Source of the DNA: an uncultured virus (IMG/VR IMGVR_UViG_3300033066_001967)
Lineage: Duplodnaviria > Heunggongvirae > Uroviricota > Caudoviricetes
DNA: 64,000 bases
Reading direction: 5' to 3' (one strand)
IMG/VR virus record: IMGVR_UViG_3300033066_001967
Below are positions 23,244 to 33,286 of the stretch, in pieces. Each line of letters opens with the position of its first letter. Within the stretch, counting starts at the first letter, position 1. The notes under the pieces were generated by a model. That model was not told the DNA's origin, did no database searches, and was given only the letters and a program-made list of their open reading frames with translations. A program made the position numbers and the translations under genes.

Positions 23244-25198
23244 CAGTCCACCCACCAGTTGCCGTCTTTGTCCGTGAGCCAGTCGACGCGACCGGGCCCG
23301 AGTTCGATGTAGTTGTCGGCGCCTTGGTCCACGCCGACGAAGAAAATCTTTTTCCCGGTCGGAGGATACAACCGCACGATGAACCCGCTGCCGTTGCGGA
23401 TGGTGCCGTGCGTGCCGAACCCGGTGCCGCCCTTCTCCACGTCAGTGAAGAAGCGGATGGAGTGTCCGTCGGCTGTGCCGCCGTCTGCTCGTACGAGCGT
23501 TTGCTGCGTGCCGATGATTGTCGCCGCACCCTGCGTGCCGGCGGTCGCCGGGATGACCTCGGCGTAGGCACCAGCGCTGTAGTCGCCCGCGCCGGTGTCG
23601 GTCGTGGGCAGCGCGCGGTTGGCGCAGTACTCTTTCTTGTACGACTCGATTTGAATCGAGCTGACCTGGAGGTCGTCGAAGTTGTCCGAGCTGTTGTTGA
23701 GGATGCGGAACTGCCCGAGCATGGTCCACTTGTTGTCGGACCAGTAAGCAAACGTGCCGCCGTTCTGATAGTTGCGGATGCTCAGGTTCGCCCATGTGAC
23801 TGCGGCGCCGTCGAGCGACAGGTCCGCCGCGCCGGACAGCGATGCGCCGGTGAAGGTGTAGTACCCTCCGCCGTCCACGATGACACCGTAGGCCGCGCTC
23901 GGGTTCGAGCCTGTGAAGCCGGCACCGTTGGCCTGAAAGCGCGCGTTGGCGGTGAGCGATAGCGGCGTGACGGTGCAGCTATTGGCGTCGAGGTCGAGCG
24001 CGACGAAGCTGTTCTGGCGCATGCGCACAGCGGTACCGGTGCAGGCCTTCGCGCTCACCGTCGCGACAGCTCGGCGGAAGTGGTCCATTTGCAGCCGCGA
24101 GTTGTCGAGCACGAGGTTGGTGAACTGACCGCGCCCGCCGTTGAACACGTCCATCAACGACGTCGAGCCTCCGTGCGCCCACAGCGAGCGGCACGACAGG
24201 TTGTCGGTGTCGTAGATGCCCATGCCGGCGAACGCCGTCGTCGCGATGTCGAGCCCGTAGAACTCAAGCAGGCGGTTGCCCTGTCCGAAGAAGCCGTAGA
24301 ACACGGAGCCGGCGTTGTTCTTGAGGTTGCGCAGCCACACACGCGCGGTGTTTCCAAAGAGTCCTACCGAGTACGTGAGCGGGCCGTAGCTCGCTGCGGC
24401 CTGCCCGAGCAACGTCGCTACGTCCACGATGCGAAACGTCGTCGTGCTGTTGACACCGTTGAGCGCGTCGATGGTGATGGTGTCGACGGTGTTGCCCTTG
24501 ATGACGCGCATGCACGGGCCGCTGTTGAGGATGAGGTTCGACTGCGTGTCGGCGTAGTAGCCGCCGCCGCCGGTTGGCAGGAAGATTTTCCCGCGCAGGT
24601 TGTCGACGGTCCAGTCGGCGGCGCCGGTCGGTTTCTTCACGGCTGTCGTCGTCGTGCCGCTGCCGGCGGTGCCGGTGTTGAGTCCGGTCGTGAGCGTGCT
24701 GTTGACGAAGTCGCCGACGATGTCCACGGTGCCGCCGCCGGTGAAGCCTTGAACAGTGACGCCTGCGGCAAATGTGTCAGGGTCGCAGTTGACGCGGTGA
24801 TAGAATCCGCCGGTGTCCTTGAGCAGCGAGTCGATGGCGGCCTGCACGGTCGCGAACGGGTACGCGGTCCAGTCGCCGCCGGAGATGCGTGACGGACGCG
24901 ACGCGTTGCTGTCGCTTCCGCCGCCGGCGTCGACGCGGAGAACGGCGTTGCTCGTCATGGACGTGACGACCTGGAACTGCGCGATGTTCCAAGTGGTGAG
25001 GTCGGAGGCAAGCTTCCACACGTCGCCGGTGTCTTGCTGATAAACGAGCAGGCCGTCGACGCGGCGCTCGGTCGCAATGGACGTGCGAGCTGCGGCGTTG
25101 GCGACTTGGTGAATGCCGCCCTTGACGTCGGTTTGCAAAGCGATAGGGAACGTGCCGCTGTTCTTCGGACGTGCCGTGTCGATGAGGTCGATGCTCAT
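23243..25198 (-). CDS. Tail fibre/spike protein with beta-helix-like region
   Basis: N-terminal KGGIHQVA...R..I...RR..GLLVY module; PFATVQAAID; G/T/N-rich. Confidence 0.7.
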   Translation of the reverse strand: MSIDLIDTARPKNSGTFPIALQTDVKGGIHQVANAAARTSIATERRVDGLLVYQQDTGDVWKLASDLTTWNIAQFQVVTSMTSNAVLRVDAGGGSDSNASRPSRISGGDWTAYPFATVQAAIDSLLKDTGGFYHRVNCDPDTFAAGVTVQGFTGGGTVDIVGDFVNSTLTTGLNTGTAGSGTTTTAVKKPTGAADWTVDNLRGKIFLPTGGGGYYADTQSNLILNSGPCMRVIKGNTVDTITIDALNGVNSTTTFRIVDVATLLGQAAASYGPLTYSVGLFGNTARVWLRNLKNNAGSVFYGFFGQGNRLLEFYGLDIATTAFAGMGIYDTDNLSCRSLWAHGGSTSLMDVFNGGRGQFTNLVLDNSRLQMDHFRRAVATVSAKACTGTAVRMRQNSFVALDLDANSCTVTPLSLTANARFQANGAGFTGSNPSAAYGVIVDGGGYYTFTGASLSGAADLSLDGAAVTWANLSIRNYQNGGTFAYWSDNKWTMLGQFRILNNSSDNFDDLQVSSIQIESYKKEYCANRALPTTDTGAGDYSAGAYAEVIPATAGTQGAATIIGTQQTLVRADGGTADGHSIRFFTDVEKGGTGFGTHGTIRNGSGFIVRLYPPTGKKIFFVGVDQGADNYIELGPGRVDWLTDKDGNWWVD

Positions 25199-26049
25199 GT
25201 GACCACCACGGTCGTGGAGCCGAGGCTCGGGTTAGTGCTGCGGTAGAGGGTGTAGTCCTGCGTGACGCCGTTGGCGTTGGTCACGCTGATGGTCGTGCTC
25301 ACGAGGTTGAAGCCGCCCTCGAAGCCGCCGACGGTGAACGTCGCTGCGCCGTAGGCCGTCGGGTAGGCGTAGTATATGTACTCGCCGGGGCCGGCGTTGA
25401 CGCTGAGCGACGCCGAGCGCGAGGACTGGAGCTGGCTGCTCGCGAGCGCCTCGATGAAGGCCTCGTTGTTGCCGGAGGCGTTGCTCGACACGCCGTAGTA
25501 GCAGCGCGGCCTCCACGCGTAGGAGGCCTGCGCAGTGTCGTTGACGGCACCCTTGTAGGCGCTGAGCGTGAACGAGACCGCCGCGTTGTTCGCCGTCTTG
25601 GCGTAGGTGTTCGGCATGGTGCCGGCGGTGAACGGGCTCGACAGCGTGAGCGCGGGGTTGCCGTCGTTGTCGGTGATGCTCGCGCTCGTTGCCGGGCCGC
25701 CGGTGTAGCTCGCCGTGAAGCTCGGGTTGACGACGTTCGCGCCGACCTCGACGGTACCTCCGCCGGAGAGCGAGGCGTTGAACGCCGGGTCGAGGTCGTC
25801 GAGCGAGAGCTTGCGCCATGACGGGTTGCCGGACCCGTCGTCGACCAACGTCTGCGACGCGGCGGCGTTGGTGTGCGGCGCGAGGCCGTTCGCCGCCGAC
25901 GTGACGACGGCGGTCGTGCCGCCTCCTCCGCCACCAACGGCGTCAGCGTTGACTATAACCTGCGCCTGCACTGTCTCGACGATTACACGCACACCATCGT
26001 CAACGACGACGACCTGCGCGGACTCGCTCTGGACGATGACCTTGCTCAT
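25195..26049 (-). CDS. Tail-associated structural protein
   Basis: Ig-like strands; YIYYAYP.AYG..TF.VGGFEGGF...DYTLYRS. Confidence 0.65.
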   Translation of the reverse strand: MSKVIVQSESAQVVVVDDGVRVIVETVQAQVIVNADAVGGGGGGTTAVVTSAANGLAPHTNAAASQTLVDDGSGNPSWRKLSLDDLDPAFNASLSGGGTVEVGANVVNPSFTASYTGGPATSASITDNDGNPALTLSSPFTAGTMPNTYAKTANNAAVSFTLSAYKGAVNDTAQASYAWRPRCYYGVSSNASGNNEAFIEALASSQLQSSRSASLSVNAGPGEYIYYAYPTAYGAATFTVGGFEGGFNLVSTTISVTNANGVTQDYTLYRSTNPSLGSTTVVVT

Positions 26050-26444
26050 CGCACCACTGCACGCGGGTAGAGCTTGGCGACGCCCATCAGGTAGCACTTG
26101 TCCGACGTGCCGGTCGCGCCAGCGGGCGAGGCGAAGTAGTTGTAGTACGCCGGGAAGAAGCGCTGCGGCAGCGTAGGCGTCGCCGTCGCCGTGATGGCCG
26201 CTGTCGAGCTGGCCGCCGCCCATAGGCGCATCGAGCCTGCCGACGCGGCGACGGGCAGGACCATCACTTCGAGCAGGAGCAGGCCGCCCTCGTGCGGCTG
26301 CGTGCGCACCTGGCACTTGTGCGAGAAGCCGGTGAGGTCGACCGGGCCGCTCGCGTCCTCGATGGTGATGGGCAGCGAGAACTCGACACCGCGTTGAATG
26401 ACGATGTCGAACTCCGCCGGTTCATCCATGCCTGCCGATGCCAT
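26046..26444 (-). CDS. Small tail/baseplate adaptor protein
   Basis: DIVIQRG.EF...I.D..GPVDLTG....QVR pattern. Confidence 0.6.
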   Translation of the reverse strand: MASAGMDEPAEFDIVIQRGVEFSLPITIEDASGPVDLTGFSHKCQVRTQPHEGGLLLLEVMVLPVAASAGSMRLWAAASSTAAITATATPTLPQRFFPAYYNYFASPAGATGTSDKCYLMGVAKLYPRAVVR

Positions 26445-26453
26445 CGAAGCCTC

Positions 26454-27839
26454 CTAGTAGAGCGGCGGGAACGCCCGCCGCCCCTGATTTGCCATGAGCG
26501 TGTAGACCAGCGACTGAGCGGTCAGGTTGTTCTCGACGGAGTTGGCCTCCCAGGAGACAAAGAACTCGTTGAGGTAGCTGGAGCTGAGCACCTTGGTGAT
26601 GACCGAGTTCTGCGTGATGCCGCCGACGATTGGTCCAGGCAGTTGTTTCCATTCGCCTCCGAGCGTCGGGCACGCCCAGAACGCACCGGAGCCGCCAGCG
26701 GTGTTGTAGTTGTTGAGGTAATACATCGAGCGCTTCGTGTCGTAGTACATGAACGACGGAGTGTTGCTCAGCGCCGGGGAGAATGTCGGCACCACCGAGG
26801 TCCAGTCGGCCGCCGTCCCCGGGTTGCCTGTCGCGCCGTCGAGCACGATGAACGAGCCGGACAGGGCCACGACGAACGTGTTGTTGTGCGCGAAGTAGAA
26901 CACCGGCACGCTGCCGTTGATTTGGTTCAGCGGCGTCGAGTTCATCGTCACCTGGGACAACGTGCCGGGTGTGGCGCTCGACGAGTAGTAGAGCTTGCGC
27001 GGCGTGGACGGGAACACCTGCGCACCAAAAATCATGTAGCGGTCGTTGAAGGCTGGGTTCCCTTGGATGAGGTCGCCGGCAGTCATGTTCGACAGCGTGT
27101 ACGAGCCGGTGATGGAGCCGGACGCGGACGTGTGCAAGCCGATGGGGTTGGTGGCGTTGAAGACCATGTAGCGGCCCGTCTGTTTCCAGAAGAACGGAGC
27201 CTTCCATCCCGAGAAGCTGGTGACCGAGAACGTCGTCTGCGACCACGTCGCGCCGTAGTCGGCGGTGTACTGGAGCACGCCAATGCCGCCGCTGCCGGAG
27301 CCCTTCTGTGTGAAGCTCGCGATGAAGCGCCCGTTGACGGAGTCGTAGCAGATTCCGTTGAGAGAGCCTGCGGATAGCGCGGTCGGTTGACTGAACGCGT
27401 AGGAGCGACCGCAGTCGCGCGAGACCCAGATGTAGCCGGTGGCTGCACCGACGGTGGTGCCGATTTGGTACGCGGTGGCCATCGCCATGAAACCGGACGC
27501 GCCGTCGTAGGCGATGCTGGAGTTCGGGAAGCTCACGTCGAACGGGTTGCCGAAGTAGAAGCGCATGTTTGCAGCGGACGTGGGGAACGTGCCCGACGCC
27601 GTCAACCCGATTTGCTCCCACCGTGCGGTGTCGGCAAAGAGCACGTTGTCGATGAGCCATCCCACGTTCTCGTAGGCGGTCTTGTGCAGCCAATTGACGT
27701 GCGGCGCGGGAGGCACGTCCGGAGTCGCGCCACCGGTCCAGCCGGCGAGTCGCTTAGCCGTGGACGGCTTGATGGCGTAATTGCCGTAGCTCGCTGCGGA
27801 GGTCGCCCAGTCGGCGAGGATGTCAATCTGCTTGGCCAT
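26454..27839 (-). CDS. Tail fibre / receptor-binding protein 1
   Basis: WAT...KP....AGW....PPAPHVNWL anchor; S/T-x-D-x-G-x-T/S-W/Y BNR-like motifs. Confidence 0.7.
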   Translation of the reverse strand: MAKQIDILADWATSAASYGNYAIKPSTAKRLAGWTGGATPDVPPAPHVNWLHKTAYENVGWLIDNVLFADTARWEQIGLTASGTFPTSAANMRFYFGNPFDVSFPNSSIAYDGASGFMAMATAYQIGTTVGAATGYIWVSRDCGRSYAFSQPTALSAGSLNGICYDSVNGRFIASFTQKGSGSGGIGVLQYTADYGATWSQTTFSVTSFSGWKAPFFWKQTGRYMVFNATNPIGLHTSASGSITGSYTLSNMTAGDLIQGNPAFNDRYMIFGAQVFPSTPRKLYYSSSATPGTLSQVTMNSTPLNQINGSVPVFYFAHNNTFVVALSGSFIVLDGATGNPGTAADWTSVVPTFSPALSNTPSFMYYDTKRSMYYLNNYNTAGGSGAFWACPTLGGEWKQLPGPIVGGITQNSVITKVLSSSYLNEFFVSWEANSVENNLTAQSLVYTLMANQGRRAFPPLY

Positions 27840-29150
27840 TTATATCATCGTCCTTCCGGCGAAGAACCGGGACTTGCCGTAGCCGACGCGCGCCGGTGTG
27901 GTGCCCGGGATGCCAACCAAGAGGCTCATTGCCGGGAACGTCGCTCGCGCGTCCTGCTCGATGCCTACCTGCCTGTTGTTGTAGCCGGCAATCACGACGT
28001 CGGTCAAACCGGATAGCGTCGACAACTGCTTCCACGGGTTGCCGTCGTCCGGGAAACCTCCGTAGAGCACGCCACCGGCGATAGCCACGAGGCCTCCTTG
28101 GCCATTGGTGCGCAGCTCGGTGATAGGCGAGGTGATGCCGTGCACGTTAGGGTCAATCTCCGACCACGTGTTGCCGAGGAGGTCCGAACAGTAGGCGATG
28201 AACCCCTTGCCGTCGGTGCGCGACCCGCCAGCCACGATGATACCGGCACGCTCCATGTTCGTGGCTGCGTTGACGGCAGAGACCGAGGACGGCAGCACGT
28301 TCGATAGCTGGGTGGTAGTCGGAAACGCATAGCTCATGACGTGGCGAGAATCGCCGAAGAACAACATCTTCCAGGTTCCGCCGGTGTACGACGTCCCGCT
28401 CATCGCGAAAGCTGCGGCGCCGAAGTTCACCGTGGACATCCCGGTGGGTGGCGTGATGCCGCTGAATGTGTTGTTGAGGTCGAAACCAGAGCTGACGTTC
28501 TGCAAAAAGACTTGACCTTTGTCGCCCATCACAGCGGTGAAATCACCGAAGCTCGATGCGTACAGGGACATGCGCTCGACGCGCCGAAGAGGAGCCGCCG
28601 ATGCTGCGGGGCTGAAGAGCGTCGCGGTCACGTCGGTCCACGTGTTCGCTGCGCTCGCGCGGTATGCCTTGCCACCGGTGCCGCTCGAACCGATGACCAT
28701 CACCTTGTTGCTGCCGCTTGTGTCGCCGACGATGTCGTTGACTACGAGAGCGGCAGGCAGCGTGTTCGAGTAGATGGCAGTCGCACCGGCGTTGTCGTAC
28801 GAGTATACCTCGTACGCGTTGGCGCTCGTGTTGAGCCCGGCGACGAAGTATCCGTTCGCCGCGTTTGCGTCGCCGTTGCAAACCTTCACGCTCGTGAACC
28901 CGGCACCGGTGGTGCCGATAGCGGCTGGCGTAGCAAAGCCGGCGAAGGCGTCGTTGAAGACGAAGCGGTCGCGAAGCTCTCCGATGTTCTCGCCGATGGT
29001 TCGATAGAGCCAGTTGGCCGTCTGGTACTCGTACTTGCCGTCGATGGCGAGCCCGGCGTCCCTCACTGTCTGCACCGGGCGCACAGCCTCGGCGGTACCG
29101 CTGACGGCCCACGCGCAACTGACGTTGATTTGCTTGCTCGCGATTGTCAT
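27840..29150 (-). CDS. Tail fibre / receptor-binding protein 2
   Basis: WA...RP....AG.......ANWL anchor; propeller-like repeats. Confidence 0.65.
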   Translation of the reverse strand: MTIASKQINVSCAWAVSGTAEAVRPVQTVRDAGLAIDGKYEYQTANWLYRTIGENIGELRDRFVFNDAFAGFATPAAIGTTGAGFTSVKVCNGDANAANGYFVAGLNTSANAYEVYSYDNAGATAIYSNTLPAALVVNDIVGDTSGSNKVMVIGSSGTGGKAYRASAANTWTDVTATLFSPAASAAPLRRVERMSLYASSFGDFTAVMGDKGQVFLQNVSSGFDLNNTFSGITPPTGMSTVNFGAAAFAMSGTSYTGGTWKMLFFGDSRHVMSYAFPTTTQLSNVLPSSVSAVNAATNMERAGIIVAGGSRTDGKGFIAYCSDLLGNTWSEIDPNVHGITSPITELRTNGQGGLVAIAGGVLYGGFPDDGNPWKQLSTLSGLTDVVIAGYNNRQVGIEQDARATFPAMSLLVGIPGTTPARVGYGKSRFFAGRTMI

Positions 29151-29773
29151 AGGGTCCCCAGCACGCCGCCGAGTCGTCCGCCGACGCCCGGGCTAGCGGT
29201 GGTGCCGAAACCTATCGTCGCGGACGTCTCGACTAGCGAGTCGTTGAGTGAGAAACGGAACGCCGAGGCTGCCGGGGATGTCGGCCACGAGAGATTGTAA
29301 CCGACGCCGGCAGGCAGCAAATCGTGAAGCACGTCAGCGTAGGCTTGGGCGGTAGTGTACGAGAACCCGGTCGGCGTGGAGAAATCCAAGTCCACTTCGG
29401 CGACGCCTGCTCCGTCGTCATACGTGAACGTTTGGTCGGTAGGCCCGGTGAGCAGGTCGAACGCAAGCAAGATGGAGTCCGGCGTGCCGCTCGACACGTT
29501 GCGGAGAATCTTCGTCTTGATGGCGATGCGGTACGGTTCGTCGGTGCGCGTGTTGCGTACCTCGCCGACGATGCCGCCGAGGATGTCGAGCTGTTTGCCG
29601 AACGCCGTGTCCACCGAGCGCTTGGTGAACATGTCGTAGAGCATGTCCTCCACGTCTTGAATGGTGACAGACCACGCGCGCAGGAGCGCCTCGATGTTCG
29701 GCTTGCTCTTAAACTGATGCAAGAGCAGGTCGACCATGCGGTCGGCGTGGTCCGTGATGTGCGCGACGCTCAT
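29147..29773 (-). CDS. Baseplate wedge protein (DUF2612-like)
   Basis: LLHQF...PNIEALL...A.GKQLDILG.IVG..R....D..YR..I. Confidence 0.8.
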   Translation of the reverse strand: MSVAHITDHADRMVDLLLHQFKSKPNIEALLRAWSVTIQDVEDMLYDMFTKRSVDTAFGKQLDILGGIVGEVRNTRTDEPYRIAIKTKILRNVSSGTPDSILLAFDLLTGPTDQTFTYDDGAGVAEVDLDFSTPTGFSYTTAQAYADVLHDLLPAGVGYNLSWPTSPAASAFRFSLNDSLVETSATIGFGTTASPGVGGRLGGVLGTL

Positions 29774-30924
29774 GCTATCCACACCGTCACGCGGCTGGAG
29801 TCGAACTTCGCGCGCTCGCGCAGACCGATTGGAAGGTTGGCGACGCCCGACGGCGACGCAGTGAACGCCGTGAATAGCGCGGTCACGTCGGTGACGCCGG
29901 TAACGAACGCCGCCGCGACGAGCGCGTTGTAAGACACGTCGTTGTCGATTTTACGTCCGTTGCCGTAGTCCGTGAATGCCGTGACGAAGTCCGCAGTCGC
30001 GCCGCTGTAGCCGGTCCCGGTGACGGCAGTCAGCGCGATGTAGACGTTCTTCGGCGTTGCCGGCGTGTAGCCCATGGTGCGGCTGTTGCCGAGCGCGTCG
30101 ACTGCCGTGCCGACATTGGTGCCGTAGGCGCTGATGCCTGCCGGCTTATTGTCCCAGACGGTTTGCGCGATGGCGGTCGATGTGGCGGTGCCGACGTCGA
30201 CCACGCACTCGAAGCTCTTGGCTGGCAGTCCGTTGGCGTCAACCACAAGCGTCACGTTCTCCAGCACCACGGCGTCGAGCACGCCGGTCGTCTTGAGCAT
30301 GTTCGCCTGGATGGCGTCGACGGTGGCTTTGCCGGTGGAGACGAGCAGCGCAGCACGACGCACGCGCAGCTCGGCGTCGCTCTCGCCGTTCTGTCCGCGC
30401 ACAGCGTCGAGCTGATTGGTGACGCTGACCCATCCGGAGACCGGCGTGTCGATGATGGTGAGCGTGCCGGCGAGGCCTATGATTTCGCCGTACTCCTCGG
30501 AGACGAACGGCACATACGTGCTCGATGCTGCGCCGAGCGTGGCGCTCGCCGGGTTGGTCCAGTACGTGCCGGTGGCGGTGTTCTTCACGCGGCGCAGCGC
30601 CGGGATGACCGTGCCGTTGACGCCGCTGAGCGCGAGCGAGACGGTCGACTGGAGCGCCGCCTCGCGCGTGACGCCGGTGAGCTGGCAGAGCTGGTCGAGG
30701 CTCGTGCCTGTCGCCGTGTCGACGTTCTGGCTGGCCCACACCTCGTTGCCCATGTCCCACAGCTCGGCGACCTTGGTGCCCATGATGCCGTTGAGCAATC
30801 CGAAGACAGAGGTGGGCCGGACGTTCGTGCTTTGCCCGAACGCGTTCTTCTCGCCGGCCTCAAGCTCGGCGATGATGGTGTCCACGTCCTTGGTGACGAA
30901 GCCTGTTGTATCTAGTCCGGCCAC
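29770..30924 (-). CDS. Baseplate J-like protein
   Basis: ATG.SLD.L..LTG.TR; G...ESDAELR.R; KPAGI...G. Confidence 0.9.
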   Translation of the reverse strand: MAGLDTTGFVTKDVDTIIAELEAGEKNAFGQSTNVRPTSVFGLLNGIMGTKVAELWDMGNEVWASQNVDTATGTSLDQLCQLTGVTREAALQSTVSLALSGVNGTVIPALRRVKNTATGTYWTNPASATLGAASSTYVPFVSEEYGEIIGLAGTLTIIDTPVSGWVSVTNQLDAVRGQNGESDAELRVRRAALLVSTGKATVDAIQANMLKTTGVLDAVVLENVTLVVDANGLPAKSFECVVDVGTATSTAIAQTVWDNKPAGISAYGTNVGTAVDALGNSRTMGYTPATPKNVYIALTAVTGTGYSGATADFVTAFTDYGNGRKIDNDVSYNALVAAAFVTGVTDVTALFTAFTASPSGVANLPIGLRERAKFDSSRVTVWIA

Positions 30925-30936
30925 GCGAAGCCCTCC

Positions 30937-31308
30937 TTAACTATGTATCACGAGGGCCTCTTGGCCCTCAACGATGGTGCCGGCGTCGGTCGTGACCCGG
31001 AAGGTTATAGTGCCGATGCGCGTCGCCTTGTCGATGACAGTCTGTACGCTGTCGATTTGCGTGACGCCGGGAATGCTCTGGAGCGCGCGCCTGTACTCGT
31101 TGCTCACCTCGTCTGGTGTGACGCCCTTCTTGCCGAGGATGCGCCCGAGGAAGTCGATGCCGATGCGCCTGTCCAACTTCCACTCGCCGAGGAAGAAACG
31201 GCAAGCGATTTGTATCTCCTGCGCGATGGCCACGTTGTCGCTCACAAGGGAGAGCTGCAAGCCGGTGAGGTCGATGTCGTTGTCTGCGGTGAGTTTTATG
31301 TCGGTCAT
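30937..31308 (-). CDS. Baseplate gp25-like / sheath initiator
   Basis: IAQEI.....F.LGEW.LD...GID...PGV..I. Confidence 0.75.
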   Translation of the reverse strand: MTDIKLTADNDIDLTGLQLSLVSDNVAIAQEIQIACRFFLGEWKLDRRIGIDFLGRILGKKGVTPDEVSNEYRRALQSIPGVTQIDSVQTVIDKATRIGTITFRVTTDAGTIVEGQEALVIHS

Positions 31309-32027
31309 TTTGCGTACACCTTGACGGCCTTCACGTCGTTGACTGTTGCGGGTGCTGAGGCCGAGCTGACGGGCGTGCCGCTGGTGCCGGCGACCGGGCC
31401 TGGCGCAGCGGCAACAGTGTATAGACCCTGCGTATGAGTGTGACTGTTGAACGTCGTGACTAAGCTGTTCACGGTGTTCCTCAGCGCGGTGATTTCGTCC
31501 TTTACGAGCTTCGCGAGTGCGACGAGCTGGTTGTCGTCGAGTCCCTTCTCCCCGAGCATGACCTTTGAGTCGCTGTGAATGACGATGTTGTCCGGGTCTG
31601 GAGACGGGATGGAGGCACTGGCAGGGTATAGTCCCGGCTCGAACGTCGCGCCGTCGAAGTTGTGCATGCTGAGTGACTTCGGGTCGACTACCTCACCTTT
31701 GTTCGACGCGCTCCAGTTCGACAGCGACCTGTCGGTGAAGACGAGCTTGCCGAGGTCGCCGGCCTTGAGTGGAAGCGTTATCCACGCCGTGCCGCAGCGA
31801 AACCACTGGATAGGCACGTCTTGAATGGTCGGGAACGTCTTCAGCTCGACGGTGCCGTCGCTCTGTGGCTTCTGGTCCTTGAGCAGGATGTCCACGTCCA
31901 CGGTGCCGTCGGAGCTGTTGTACTTCGCAATCTTGCACGGCAGCGATACGCGGAACTCCGAGAGACGCGCGTTGATGGCGTCGACGAGTAGCGTGGCGAG
32001 CGTAGGTTCGCGCGGGACGGTGCTCAT
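31305..32027 (-). CDS. Baseplate central spike protein (Gp138-like)
   Basis: SLPC.I..Y...TVDV...DVPI...ITLPL..GD...VF.DR...H; C-terminal FNSHTH. Confidence 0.8.
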   Translation of the reverse strand: MSTVPREPTLATLLVDAINARLSEFRVSLPCKIAKYNSSDGTVDVDILLKDQKPQSDGTVELKTFPTIQDVPIQWFRCGTAWITLPLKAGDLGKLVFTDRSLSNWSASNKGEVVDPKSLSMHNFDGATFEPGLYPASASIPSPDPDNIVIHSDSKVMLGEKGLDDNQLVALAKLVKDEITALRNTVNSLVTTFNSHTHTQGLYTVAAAPGPVAGTSGTPVSSASAPATVNDVKAVKVYAK

Positions 32028-32866
32028 TTGGTGAGTATCTCCATGTTCGAGTAGAACGGCGTGTTGAAGCCGTTGTTCCCTTCGTGCGTGACCTTCTGCA
32101 CGATGAACTGTCCCTTGATGGTGCTCGTGCCCTGCACGTCGATGACGCTGCCTGGGATAATGCTCGGCTGCAAGAGCGACTTCACCTTGCCCTTCGCCTT
32201 GCCCGTTTTTTTGTCCTTCTCACCAAGCTCTGGCTCGCCGATGAGACCGGAGTCAGGAGACAGCACGACGGCGGTCTTTTGGTTCTGCCCGGTGGCGTCG
32301 ACGAACTGAAACTGTCCGTCTTGAATGGAGAAACGGAAGCCGTAGCCTCGCACCAGCTCGTCGAGCACGCGCACTGCGTTGCCGCTGAGCGCGCCTCCGC
32401 GCGGGAACTGTTCCTTGAGCTTCGCCTTCACCGTCTTGGAGAAGTCGCCAGGCAACAGCGTGTCGAACGTGTCGAGAATTTCCTCGACCACCTTGGAGAC
32501 CTGTTTGCCTTTGGACCACGTGAGCGCGACCTGCGCGTTCTTGTAGTCCTTCTCGCCGTCGCCGGCCTCGATGATGGTGACCCAGTCGGCGCCGATAACG
32601 GCGCTCGGAGCGTAGCGTACGTCGCCCACGAACACCTGCCCGTCGGTGCGCTTGTAACCGACGGTGATGGACACCGCAGCTTTGTCTTTAGTCGACGACG
32701 ACTGGCACGCCGCTTGTAGCTCGGGCGGCAAGTTGTAGACTTTAATCTTGGCGATGTTCGGCTCGGGCTCCAGCGTGCGCACCACCTCGAACTCGCAGTC
32801 GTAGTCTTCGAGGAGATTATCCGCGATGTTCACCTTGACCACGCGCTCGAACAACAGCTCGCTCAT
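32024..32866 (-). CDS. Baseplate hub protein
   Basis: EPN.A.IKVYNL; GY.....F.G; FSIQDG; L....GLIGEP; LLQP.I.PG. Confidence 0.8.
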   Translation of the reverse strand: MSELLFERVVKVNIADNLLEDYDCEFEVVRTLEPEPNIAKIKVYNLPPELQAACQSSSTKDKAAVSITVGYKRTDGQVFVGDVRYAPSAVIGADWVTIIEAGDGEKDYKNAQVALTWSKGKQVSKVVEEILDTFDTLLPGDFSKTVKAKLKEQFPRGGALSGNAVRVLDELVRGYGFRFSIQDGQFQFVDATGQNQKTAVVLSPDSGLIGEPELGEKDKKTGKAKGKVKSLLQPSIIPGSVIDVQGTSTIKGQFIVQKVTHEGNNGFNTPFYSNMEILTK

Positions 32867-33285
32867 GAAGCATCCGCGATGTCCGCCGCAGTGAGACCCA
32901 TGGCGGCGAGCGCAGCGAGCGCCTCGTCGTCGGTGTCACCGCGCAGCGCGCGCAGGTCGACCTGCTCCAGGTAGTAGATGGTGCATCGTCCATCGGGCGA
33001 AAGGTCGTACCGACCCGGGTCCGCGTCAGTGCCGCTGGAGTCGCGCACGAGAAGAGCGCCACGGAATGTGTTCACTTGGTCCACCCACCACTCGAACAGG
33101 TTGGTGCCTGTTGTGATTTTGTTTCCGCTGAGCAGCTCGGTGCCGTCGGTGAGCGCTACGCTGAGGAACCACGCGCTCGCGCGCTCGTTCCAATAGAACG
33201 TGAAGACGTAGTCGATGCCGTCCAGCTCCTGGCTGAACGAATAGAAGTCGTCGTCCTTGCTCTTGCTCGTTGGCAGCATGAACAT
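32863..33285 (-). CDS. Baseplate plug-type protein
   Basis: LDG..Y.F.FYWNER...W.L; position between Dit-like and hub genes. Confidence 0.7.
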   Translation of the reverse strand: MFMLPTSKSKDDDFYSFSQELDGIDYVFTFYWNERASAWFLSVALTDGTELLSGNKITTGTNLFEWWVDQVNTFRGALLVRDSSGTDADPGRYDLSPDGRCTIYYLEQVDLRALRGDTDDEALAALAAMGLTAADIADAS

Positions 33286-33286
33286 A

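Noticed and set aside
23243..29150. Diversity-generating retroelement or invertible tail-fibre cassette
   Set aside because: No reverse transcriptase, invertase, template/variable repeat pair or flanking inverted sites were seen.
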